NCBI GenBank assembly: GCA_013115125.1
Contig: JABANN010000118.1
Span: forward strand, 48,617 to 68,616
DNA length: 20,000 nt
Direction: 5' to 3'
Source of the DNA: Perkinsus olseni
Lineage: Eukaryota
Both the position numbers and the translations under genes were made by a program. This document shows, in pieces, positions 9,264 through 20,000 of the stretch (within the stretch, counting starts at the first letter, position 1; each line of letters begins with the position of its first letter). Under the pieces are notes generated by a model. That model was given only the letters and a program-made list of their open reading frames with translations, had not been told where the DNA came from and made no database searches.

Positions 9264-10718
9264 ATGTACAACGGAATCGGACTGCAAACTCCCCGAGGGA
9301 GTGGTACCAGCGGTTATGTAATACACTGGGCTGCTGCCAGTCATCCTTGCCTGCTGGCAGTCGTAGTGATGATAATAACAATAATCAGGTTCAACGTAAC
9401 AAGTCGTACCTACGGCCGCAGAGGACGGACATCAAGCCATTCAGAGAGAGCGAGGCTGCTGCTCCCCCCAAGCCCAAGAAAGCCGATCCTGAGCTCATGT
9501 GAGTCGATCGTAAGCGAAGCAACGGGTTGATGGTTAACACTGCAAAAATCTTCCTTGCATGATATGGGACTACTACTGGCACGCGCACAGCGAAGAATAT
9601 CTTATCTTGTGGTATCTTTGGTAGTTACCATAACCAGAAGAGAGAGATCGAGGTCAAGCTCATTGACCTGCAAGATACCCTATTGGAGTCTGGGGAGGAG
9701 GAAGATATTGTCCAGAAGAAGGTCGATAAGGAGAGACAGAAGCTGTAGAATTGGGCGAGCCTTTGCCGGGGGGTCGTTCGGTAGACGAACAGAGTCGACT
9801 TTTACGTGGAAAACTCAATTACAGAATCGATTCTGAGTTTCGGAATTATTTTATCGAATGGGTGCGGGTTATTCGCTCGAACAGGCGGCAGCTGGTCATT
9901 GGAACATTGATGATGTAGATATGGCGGCTCAGGTACAAGGAGCTCGATGACCGAAGAGCAGACGCCGAGGCCCATGGTGGGGAGCTGCAAGCTGATCAGA
10001 TGGCTTCAACCCATGAGTAGTACAAATGGATTGGGCTATTGAGCGTCGCGGGAGGCCTCGGCCGCCTAGTGGCAGCGTAGCTGCTCCGCTTACGTCCATA
10101 ACAAAGCTGATTAGGTACCTGCAGCTACAGAAACGACAGGCCGAGAGAGCAGCAAAAGCGTTTGGAATCAGTACTACCCATGAGGAGCTAGGGTCCTGGT
10201 TCGAGGCTCTGACTGACTGCTAGATACCCGCAACCATGAAGAAGGGGTAGCATTCGATAAGGATCGCCAACACCAGCAGAAATTACAACGTGAGTTTACG
10301 GATAGGTCGTTGGTTCAATCCCAAGGGAATTCATTATTATTTTTACATTCGGGATGGTACCAGGTATGATGGACGCTCAAGCCAGGGACGCTGAGCGATG
10401 GGCAGCTCCCGGAGGAGAGAATGGCGACGACGGAGCGATGCGAAAAAATCAGAGGAACTCTCGACCACCAGCTAAGGGTAGTAGCAGATTGGACTTGTCA
10501 AGAGTTCGCTCTCGTAAGTGGGCATTGTCGCTAATTTATCTCTCCTGCTCTTAGCTGGCGAATCGTGGCGAGACTTCGCAGAACGTCGTAAAGAGAAGGG
10601 TTGGGCTGCAGAAGAGCGGGAGGAAACTGAGGAGGGGGCTGCCAAGAGGAGGGAAGCCAAGCGGGTTAGGAGAGAAGAGAAAGCTTCTCAGGGGCAGCAG
10701 CAGCAGGAGCGTAGTTGA
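9264..10718 (+). CDS. CWC21: Pre-mRNA splicing factor CWC21/cwf21 (SRRM2 N-terminal homolog), multi-exon
   Basis: Hallmark N-terminus [22 protein letters not shown], then the cwf21-like [22 protein letters not shown]...VDKERQKL and AKAFGI...GVAFD. The 3' exons and stop at 10718 are less certain. Confidence 0.88.
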
Positions 10719-10798
10719 TTTGGTGTACTATAGGGCAACTTAACGTAGCAGTGGTAGGGGCTGTTGAATTGTGGAGGGACGAATGGAACTTGATGGTG

Positions 10799-10825
10799 GT
10801 TGTTGTTGTTGTTGTTGTTGTTGTT
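10799..10825 (+). repeat. (GTT)9 microsatellite between CWC21 and Rab6
   Basis: Nine perfect GTT units. Confidence 0.9.
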
Positions 10826-10861
10826 TTCCTCAATCACCTGCGTTGTTGTTTTATTTTTATC

Positions 10862-12234
<1,373 letters not shown>

Positions 12235-12392
12235 GGCCAGTATGCCACGAGAATGGAGCTAAAACAGGAGGACCGCTGTACCAGCATCTGAGTGCTGTCA
12301 CGAGGACTACCGGCCTCATGCAGCCACGTTGCGATCTTCTCGTTATAGACTGCAGTACTGTAGAGCTCTCTATTTTCCTGGGCAGTGGTGTG

Positions 12393-12429
12393 TGTGAGTT
12401 TGAAGGGCAACGCCGACAGTACGGCTTAG
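12393..12429 (+). repeat. Dispersed 37-nt intergenic element, copy 2
   Basis: Matches 6106-6142, followed by a local duplication of AGTACGGCTT. Confidence 0.8.
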
Positions 12430-12663
12430 TACGGCTTGTGTCCCTCCTCCTCCAGGTCAGTCATGCAAGTGCTGAAGTCTGGCCATCCCTCCGTACGCTA
12501 CTGCTGCCCTCTTCCTCTAGTATATTGCACATTCAATGCGATGTTCAGTTTTCTTACTCTCACGAGGTTTGCGTTGTAATGCTTGGTGGGTATCTTGAGC
12601 ATTTGTAATGGGCATGGGTCAACCTTGGATACCCTCAGATTTCTTGTATCGTCTCCAAATCGA

Positions 12664-15612
12664 ATGTCGAAGCTCGAGGCGACTGCGGTGGAGGAATCGA
12701 GGTAGATCGCCGCGGAAATCCGTGGAAATCCGTCAGAGCTCGGATTTTGTGGCGCGTGACTCAGCCTCGACCGCAGCGCACGCTCCCGAGAGGACGAGGA
12801 GGATCGGAGTTCCACATCGCGCAGTTCAGGCCGAGTGCCGCATTATAGCACGCACGGTCATCAGCATCACCGGTAAACGCGTGGACGTTTTGCAAGTGAG
12901 CAAGAATTGTTCCCAGATTTCCGACGAAGTCACTGGGTGGTTATGCTGATGTTGCTCCTATCAGCGAGTGGGAGAAAGAGCCGAAGTACCGGACGAAATC
13001 GGAAATGTGAGCGGTGAAGATGGGCCGGGTTGGAGTATCTTAGGTCGAAGGGTGCAGGACACAGAGCAGCTCGGCTTTCAGGTTGCACCAGAGGCGGGCG
13101 AACTTGATACCTGACATATCCTACGACGTGGATGGAGATGGTGTCGTCGGAGCCCGAGATTATTTCATCGCTAAAAATTTTGATGAGGATCGTGATGGGA
13201 GACTGAACCGGAAGGAGCGGCAACGGTGCATGGAGGCCCTCGCCAAGGGATGGCTGGATAGGTGATAAGGCTGGCAATTTCGTGGCGCGCGGTCGGAGTA
13301 TGCTTCCTACAGGTTCTCGTTTGGTCATGACCAGGCGGGTTCAAAGAGGCCCTTCGCAGTGCAGCAGCGCAGGGGGAAAATCTTCACGCAAGACAGTTCA
13401 TTCGAACTTGGGGAAACGTAGGAACGCCAATTTCGTGGCGCGCGGTAATTACAACCCTGGCAGATATCCAGCCCACCCGATTAGCAAGGTAATCCCCTTC
13501 CACCATACAAAAACGGAGTTGGCAGTGGATCGGAGAAATGAGATGAAGAATGCTGCATCGGAACTGTGAGTTGACCGTCCCCTTGCGGCTGTGTTAGTAA
13601 CGGTTGTATCCGGTGGCGCCCCGACCTCCTTGCATACGTTTTCTCAGGTATGACCGGTGGGAGCGGAAGAATCCGGCTATGGTAGCAGAGCAACCGCCGT
13701 CCAAGGATAATTATGTTGCTCATCCGAAGTAGGGGTACTTAGAGGTGGATTCAATTTTTTCAATTTTTCCATCAGAATGACGCATATTGGAGAGAGGGCG
13801 GCGGCTGATAATGAGGCTTCGAGGGTTTGTGCTGGCCTAATGCCGGTCAACACCCACCTCAATCCTGACAGGGAGTCCAAAGCTTTAAGTGAGCGGTCGC
13901 CCAAGGTTGCGCTGTCCGACGCCTCGAGTGCTCCTCCAGGCACGGCATGGGTGGAAGCGCCTGTGGTGAGGACTCGATCGCAGTTGGTGGAGTTGCGGAG
14001 AGAAAAGTTGAAGTGCGATCTCGATGAGAGTAGGAATAAAGGTACTGAAATTAAAGGGAAAATATTAATTTTGATTTCGTCGATCCGCCTCAGGAGAGGC
14101 GGAATTTATCCCCTTGAGCGTTCGAGCAGTCGCGAAAGAGGCCGCGGTGAGTTAGCGATGGAGGTCGTTTCCTGATGGAGAGTGTCTACTGTTAGGCACA
14201 TGAATTTCGGAAGGGGGAGGGGGCGGAACCCAAGACGAAGACTCTGCTGGATTTGCAGCGTCGTAGGGACCGGATTGAACACAATCTGGCCAATTGCCGA
14301 CGGAAGCCGCGGAAAATGCCAGCGTAGGCGAAGCGGATCTTTCTTCGTGGCAGTGACTCGAATGGTTGAATTCCGTTCAGGTTTTCGGAACAGGACCAGC
14401 CGTGGTGGACATTGGGTGAAGAACCTAGGAAGAAGCCTAGAAGTGAGGATAGTGGCTAATCCCGCTCGAGTTTGATGTATAGCAGGACCTCAGTCAGTTA
14501 GAGCACCGTGCTTGGAAGGCGGTGGTCGTGGGTTCGAGGCTCGCACCCATCATGCATATCCATCTTCCTTGGTACGTCGCTTTCGCTCACAGGTCAGCGA
14601 GACCGAGGGGGATCGATCAAGTCGAGGGTAGCGGAAGTTACATTCAAAGTCACCGATCCCTTACCAGAACACCTCCGCCCTAGGGTAAGCATGATTACTC
14701 TGAATGAGGGATAAGACAACCGTCGTCACGCCAGAAACAGCCGGAGCGCGAGGACCCGCCCATCATAGGCGATGTGAAGCCGAAGTCGAACAAGCCTCTC
14801 TTCCCTGAGTAGCCGCTCGGCAACAGACTAATCGCCGTAACGACTTTTGTCAGGGGTCGGAGCAAGACGGTGAAGAGGTGGACTACTGATATCATCGAAC
14901 ATGGCGCCTTGCGCAACGGCAAGAGGCTCTTCGATAGCTTGCTGCCATGCCAGGTAATGGTCGGATGACGGCGGCTGGTCTTAGTGTAGAGCTGCTGGGC
15001 TTAGGTCTACACGAAGGACTTCGCTCCGCTGGAGGTTTGGAGTAGTTTTGATATCATTCGTCATGACGCTCTGAAGAAGCAGGCGATAGCGCGGAGTAGC
15101 GCCGCACCGACTGTTAGTAAGAAAGCCCTGGGCTCTCTGGGTGAGATCCCCGGTGTTTAGGCAAGTTGTCATCGGCCATGATAAGTTCGAATCAGCGGAG
15201 CGATGCAGCGGCGGTACCGAATAACTCAGAGACATCAGCGGATGCCGAGGTGAGATCATGCCTGGCTCTCGCCGAACGAGGATACATCCAGCAGGCTCGT
15301 CGGCTTAGCGCCGTGGCGTATGGGAGGCAACGAGGAGAGCAGCAGCGATCTGTCCTAAGTGGGAATGCTAACGCCATCAGCTTCCAATGGCTGTACCGAT
15401 CAGGTCAGAAGCCCTCGTCTATCTCAGTGGATCGTCCTCGCTATCCTGGTCCGAGTATCATAGACCGAGTGAGTGAGATGTTGGCGGCGGCGGTCCACGA
15501 CGTTGCTGTTGTTCAGATAGCTAAGAGCGGCCCGAAGACGAGTGTTCCGTGTGGTGAGGTTCGAACCGGTGGCTTCGACCGACTCGAGATCCGCAAGGGA
15601 TCGGGAGCATGA
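12664..15612 (+). CDS. EF-hand pair-containing hypothetical protein, many exons
   Basis: Exon 13082-13261 encodes two EF-hand loops (YDVDGDGVVGARD, FDEDRDGRLNRKE). Further exons join in frame at GT-AG sites (GKIFTQDSSFELGET|YPAHPISK; KRWTTDIIEHG...RLFD; C-terminal VRTGGF...GSGA*). The start and end are approximate. Confidence 0.7.
13275..13446 (+). repeat. Identical 19-mer in two consecutive introns
   Basis: CAATTTCGTGGCGCGCGGT at 13275-13293 (intron 13262-13312) and 13428-13446 (intron 13418-13463). Confidence 0.85.
14474..14552 (+). pseudogene. tRNA-like element or tRNA pseudogene in an intron (apparent anticodon TGG)
   Basis: CTC-AGTCAGTTA-GAG D arm; CCGTG-CTTGGAA-GGCGG anticodon arm; TGGTC variable loop; GTGGG-TTCGAGG-CTCGC T arm; GATGTAT/ACCCATC acceptor with 2 mismatches and a ~5-nt insertion before the D arm. 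Confidence 0.55.
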
Positions 15613-15737
15613 AAAGTTGACTTACAGAACCGTTGTCAATCGAACCTTTTTCTGAGTTGCGAGATCGATCAATGGGGTTAGCGGAGCGAAGTGTTGCATG
15701 TTTTGCAGATTTCAGATTTGTTGATTGTTGTTCTCGG

Positions 15738-18700
15738 ATGGCTACGAGTGTCACGAGGAGGACGCTGCTGGGGTTGGCCGTAGGAGCTATCGGCCGCCAT
15801 TCGAAGAGAACTGCTGTGCTCAGGTGATGGCAGTAGTGGTGATAACCTTCGTAGCATCGGGAGCGGTCATCCAGCTCATCTTCACCAGCGGCGACTACGA
15901 CAAGCCCGTTGCGCTGACGGTAGGTTCCTCCGGTCGGTGGTCTGGCCTTCACCGCCCTCTCAGGTCTACTCCCTCACTCTATCGGTGCTCCTATTAGCAT
16001 GTCGTAATTACATACACATGCCCGATGGGCAAGAAAACCCGGCAGAGACGAGCTTGCTGGTTGAGTCGGGTACTGCACTGCCAGCGGAGAAAGAGCCCAC
16101 TTGGCCCAAGAGGAAGCTCGTGTGGGCACTAGGTAGGATGACATTTATCCGGATTAAGGGTTCTATCCTCCGCCGGACTCGACAGACTTCCCGTTGCAGT
16201 GTGCAACACTCGCCTGGTTGTTGTTGAGCAGTTTGGAGCTCTTATGCCCTTTAGTTGGATCGAACTGTTAGCAACCTGAAGAGGAGTACGAAATCGGAGC
16301 ACCGTTGGTGCGCCCTGAGCGTGGCCAACATGCCGAGGGGAAAGATAACCCAATGAGACGATCTAGTGTATTGGCCCTCCGATGCCTGAGCCCTCAGAGT
16401 GGGCGGTCTGCTTTAGACTCAGGGCAGTACAGAAGACGGTGTGGCCTTATACGCCAACCCCACACAGTGGAATGCCACTTACACTCGCGTGCCCCCGGAG
16501 TTCGCTCAATTCAATAGCTCGAGTCTTCCGATGGTTCGACTCGAACCGCTAAACGCTGATCGCCGGCCGCCCCACTCGAACCGTTCGAGTGACATTATGT
16601 TCACAAGGTGCGTCACTGACTTACAGCCAATGCCGGAGTTGAGAGTAGCACGAGTCGTAGAGGGCACCGCGTCCTCGCTCATTCCCCTTATCGCGAGGAG
16701 CAGTCCCGAATTGGAGCATGGGAACTTCAAACTTCAGCGAGTTTCCCTCTTCAACTCAATCCGTCGAAGTCTCCGGGGCTCCAGCGAGAACGCCAGAAGA
16801 CGCTGCTCATTCCATTGATTCTCAGTTTGTATAGTCATGGAGTGAGAAGGCTACTTAGTTGTGAGCGAGGGCTTCCAACGGCCAATCATATCCTGTCGCT
16901 TGAGTGAAGCGACAAGTTTCTTAGTCTGCGCGGACCGATATTCACACTGAAGTGATTACTTCCCGGCGTGCTTTGGTCAGGGATTCGCAACGGGAAGTAT
17001 CTGGTTGGCTATCTGGTTATGTTCGGGGGAGCTCGTCTGATGTCCGTGTATTTCCCGGAGACGGAGGTCCGACCTGCACGTGCGGCGAATAAGCCAGCAT
17101 GGCGAAGTGCTGTCATATCGTGGATCTCTCTCGGCAACTCGGCACCGACTAAGATCCCGTCTGGCAAACCTTGGAAGGCCGCATGAAACAGGGCGCTGTA
17201 GGGAAAGGGTTGAATCTGAGTGGTGGCTCATACCTTACCGTCCAGCGCTCCGGATGGATTCAAGACTAGAAAGAGAAACTTACAGCGTCCCATCAGAGGA
17301 TAGAGAACCGTACTGAGTTGTATGGGAAAATATAGCAGCTTTGAAGGTTCCGAGCGTTTCTAGCCCACACTGGGAGAAGTGCTACTTGGTGCAAGCCAGG
17401 GCCTGTACATAGGGCGGCATAATCTGGCACACCTCGCGCTAAATGCGGGTACACCCTACGGCAGAGGGCATACGCGGTATAGCTTATACCATGCCACCAT
17501 GCCATGTAGACCCTTTTTGAGCTCGCTGACTTCGAGCGGCTGGCTCAATTTTATGTCCAGTAGAGAGTCGAGTTCCTCTAACGTATGTGTATGAGAGTAC
17601 ATCTCAGCTCTGCCGAGTATTCGCTAGTGTCCGCCATGGATCCTCCTGCTAGATGTGGAGCATCTGCTCGGGAACTGCTGAGCATATCTTTGCACTGCCC
17701 ACGATGGTCTTCAGGTGCTATGTGGTTCGCCTCCCAATTAACGTATAATATCTCTCTGAAGTAAGAAGCATGCTGAGCCGTCGCTGCCGATTCGCTGCTG
17801 TGGTACAGGTACACCTCAGTGGCTACCAACAGCTCTCTTTCGAGTTGCTCCAGCGTCTTCACCTTCATTTTCTCTATAGTATGCCGTTGGCTTATCTCCG
17901 ATACCCTTATCGACTACTCTGCAGGTTCTCCTTCGGTATCCTCTATGTAGAGCGGCTCCGATCTCCGCAGTGCTAATGTGTGTACTCGGAGTTCTCATCA
18001 CAGCCCTCAATAGACCATCACCGAAGACCGACCTGGCGGTATGATCTTGGAGGTCTTGGTAGTGATATACCGGCTCTTGCAGGTCCAAGAGAATATCCTC
18101 GGAGACTGCCTAGCACTAGGATCAGCCTGTTGTTATGGCCTCTTCACATGTTGCCTCAAACTCTGGGTATGTCAGTGGCCACGACGTAGTCAGCTACTCA
18201 TTGTCCTGCCCTCAGGTGCCCGATGAGCGCATGGTAGCCTATGTCTTTGGTATGTTCGGTGTTGTCGCCTTTGCTTTAGGGGTGAGAAGTCTCTCAACTT
18301 CTCCTGGTGATTGTAGGGCTCCTTCTATCAGGTACCTTTGCTTGCTTTGTGTCACTTCATGGGTCTGGAGGCTCTAGTGAGTCTGTCCCTAGTATTCATC
18401 CCGGCGTCACGGTCTTCCTTCTTAGGCGTTGCCCTCGTGGGGGCAATTTGGTGCCATGACTGCCAACGCGGTCCTCGGCAGCGTCGCATCGGATTATCTA
18501 CTCTCAGTGGCTGTAAGTTCGTCTGTATAACTCATTACGACATTGACGATCCTCGACTTAGGTGATTCTACTTTCACCCCTGTCAGCCGCGGTTGGCCTC
18601 TCTCTCACGATACCTCTTTCTCTGGTTGTTGACAGTGAGTGTTACACAAACAAATCCTTCATCCTTTCATTCTGTGCTCCTTCAGGTACGATTCTTGGCC

Positions 18701-19020
18701 TTCACAGCTTCAAGGGCGTATACATGCTCGGCTCAGCGTTGGTGTTCGGCGCCGTTGTGCTCATCAGCTGGGACACGTGAGTGCTCATTCCATTGTCGCT
18801 GTCAGCAGACTTTCTCTGTCACAGTTATAATATCGACTTGGAGAAGGAAGCTGAAGTCGTCAGCCCACAAGCCAGAGGTCAGGAGGAGTTGTTGGTGCGT
18901 AAGTTGGGCTCAGCACGCAGCGCTTGCTGTCCGACTCGCTGTCGTGATTCGTTGGAAATTTCATGCTTTCGGTAGATTATGGGAAGAGTAGTTGAGGAGA
19001 CGGACCGGCGGGCGATATGA
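15738..19020 (+). CDS. SLC35F5/Thi74-like drug-metabolite (EamA/DMT) transporter, multi-exon with a 1582-nt intron
   Basis: RRTLLGLA|VMAVVVITFVASGAVIQLIFTSGDYDKPVALT...KLVWALG|AMWFASQLTYNISLK|YTSVATNSSLSSCSSVFTFIF...LGDCLALGSACCYGLFT...GSVASDYLLSVA|VILLSPLSAAVGLSLTIPLSLVVD matches SLC35F5-family motifs. Phase-1 junction 16132/17715. Confidence 0.85.
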
Positions 19021-19254
19021 GAATGATGAATTGCTGATGTTGTTCCTTCACGTGGCCCTTTTCTGAGATATTACCAGCCTCAAATGGCTATAGCTCGAAG
19101 TGATAAGTTGCGTTGGGTTATGTGCGGTCGTATGGATTGGTATAGACGGCTGAGAAGGGTGGGCAGGGCCTCTCGAGAGGAGTGAGTGGTACAGAAGTTT
19201 TTTCTGTGGCCGATCTGGAATTGGTCAGTGTGGATACAGTTTTCACACGAATAC

Positions 19255-19336
19255 CGACAGCGGCAGGATTCGAACCTGCGCGGGCAGAGCCCAGTGGATT
19301 TCTAGTCCACCTCCTTAACCACTCGGACACGCTGTC
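19255..19336 (-). tRNA. tRNA-Ser (anticodon AGA)
   Basis: Minus strand GACAGCGTGTCCGAGTGGTTAAGGAGGTGGACTAGAAATCCACTGGGCTCTGCCCGCGCAGGTTCGAATCCTGCCGCTGTCG: full cloverleaf, long variable arm, G discriminator, 82 nt. Confidence 0.97.
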
Positions 19337-19864
19337 TTCTGTTCAGCCTATTGAGCACTCTGTCTTATGACTCTCGCGGGCCAATTGGTTCCTCTGCTAG
19401 GGCTTGCAGTGATATAACCATTGCAGGAAGCTTCTGTAAGTATGGCTTCGAGCTCCTCTCCTATTATCGCCCCATCTCATCCTTGCATTAGAACAGTCCT
19501 CACTCTCCATAAGAGGCATTTCATTTCACTCTCTACACATTCCACTATACGAAGCTTCCCCTGAGCGTCCGTGGTCGTCCGAATCAATAATATACGTGAG
19601 TAGTACGTTTATGTTGGTGTGCAGCTTCTTCCGTCAGATCCCGCGGTCGTAAGCTCTCCTACTAAGCATAAGCCTGGTAGCCTTGACTGTACTGACTTAC
19701 TCTGGGACAGCTCCTATTGTGCCCTGGATCAATCTGCGCTGAGGTCCTTAGCCTCAGGCTAGAAAGGGGCTCAGTGGGATAGACTCACAATCGTAGTGGT
19801 CCGGGTTGATGTGATCGTTCGATCATGTGTCTCTGCAGTTATATTAATTTTTTAGTTCAATCTA

Positions 19865-20000
19865 ATGACAAGTACATCAGCAGTTGAGAACTGGCTTTCT
19901 CTCGACTTCGATAAGAACACTCGGAAGGAAGCCCAGGAGCTCTCACCCGAGCAGGTTGAAGATCGTTTGAATCCTGAGCATCGTATGGAGTTTGGTACCG
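19865..20000 (+). CDS. Phosphoglucomutase-2/phosphomannomutase family protein, N-terminus (3'-partial)
   Basis: MTSTSAVENWLSLDFDKNTRKEAQEL...RMEFGT matches the PGM2-family W..D...T.E...R(M/L)xFGTAGLR start and runs off the window. Confidence 0.8.
   Translation, partial: MTSTSAVENWLSLDFDKNTRKEAQELSPEQVEDRLNPEHRMEFGT

Noticed and set aside
13388..13395. Apparent GC-AG donor in the EF-hand gene
   Set aside because: The exon reads on in frame to a canonical GT donor at 13418.
19690..19840. Structured region upstream of the PGM gene as an snRNA or tRNA-Sec
   Set aside because: Only short hairpins, with no U-snRNA, Sm-site or tRNA consensus recognisable; more likely 5' UTR/intron sequence.

Overview
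Eukaryotic, gene-dense, ~50% GC protist DNA with many ~45-60 nt GT-AG introns. All recognisable protein genes lie on the + strand; the style suggests an alveolate such as Perkinsus (inference). In order: the 3' part of a large intronless type-I membrane protein (Ig-like repeats, Cys-rich sushi-like repeats, RRL motif, TM anchor); a 5'-truncated, frameshifted cathepsin L-like pseudogene and its intact tandem paralog; an intergenic zone with perfect 1-nt-spacer palindromes around a possible decayed integrase; CWC21/cwf21; a Rab6-like GTPase with a 274-bp MITE in intron 1; an EF-hand protein with a tRNA-like insert and a shared 19-mer in its introns; an SLC35F5-like transporter split by an anomalous 1.58-kb intron; tRNA-Ser(AGA) on the minus strand; and the start of a PGM2-type phosphomutase. 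Gene models were built by hand from splice sites and motifs; no database searches were run.
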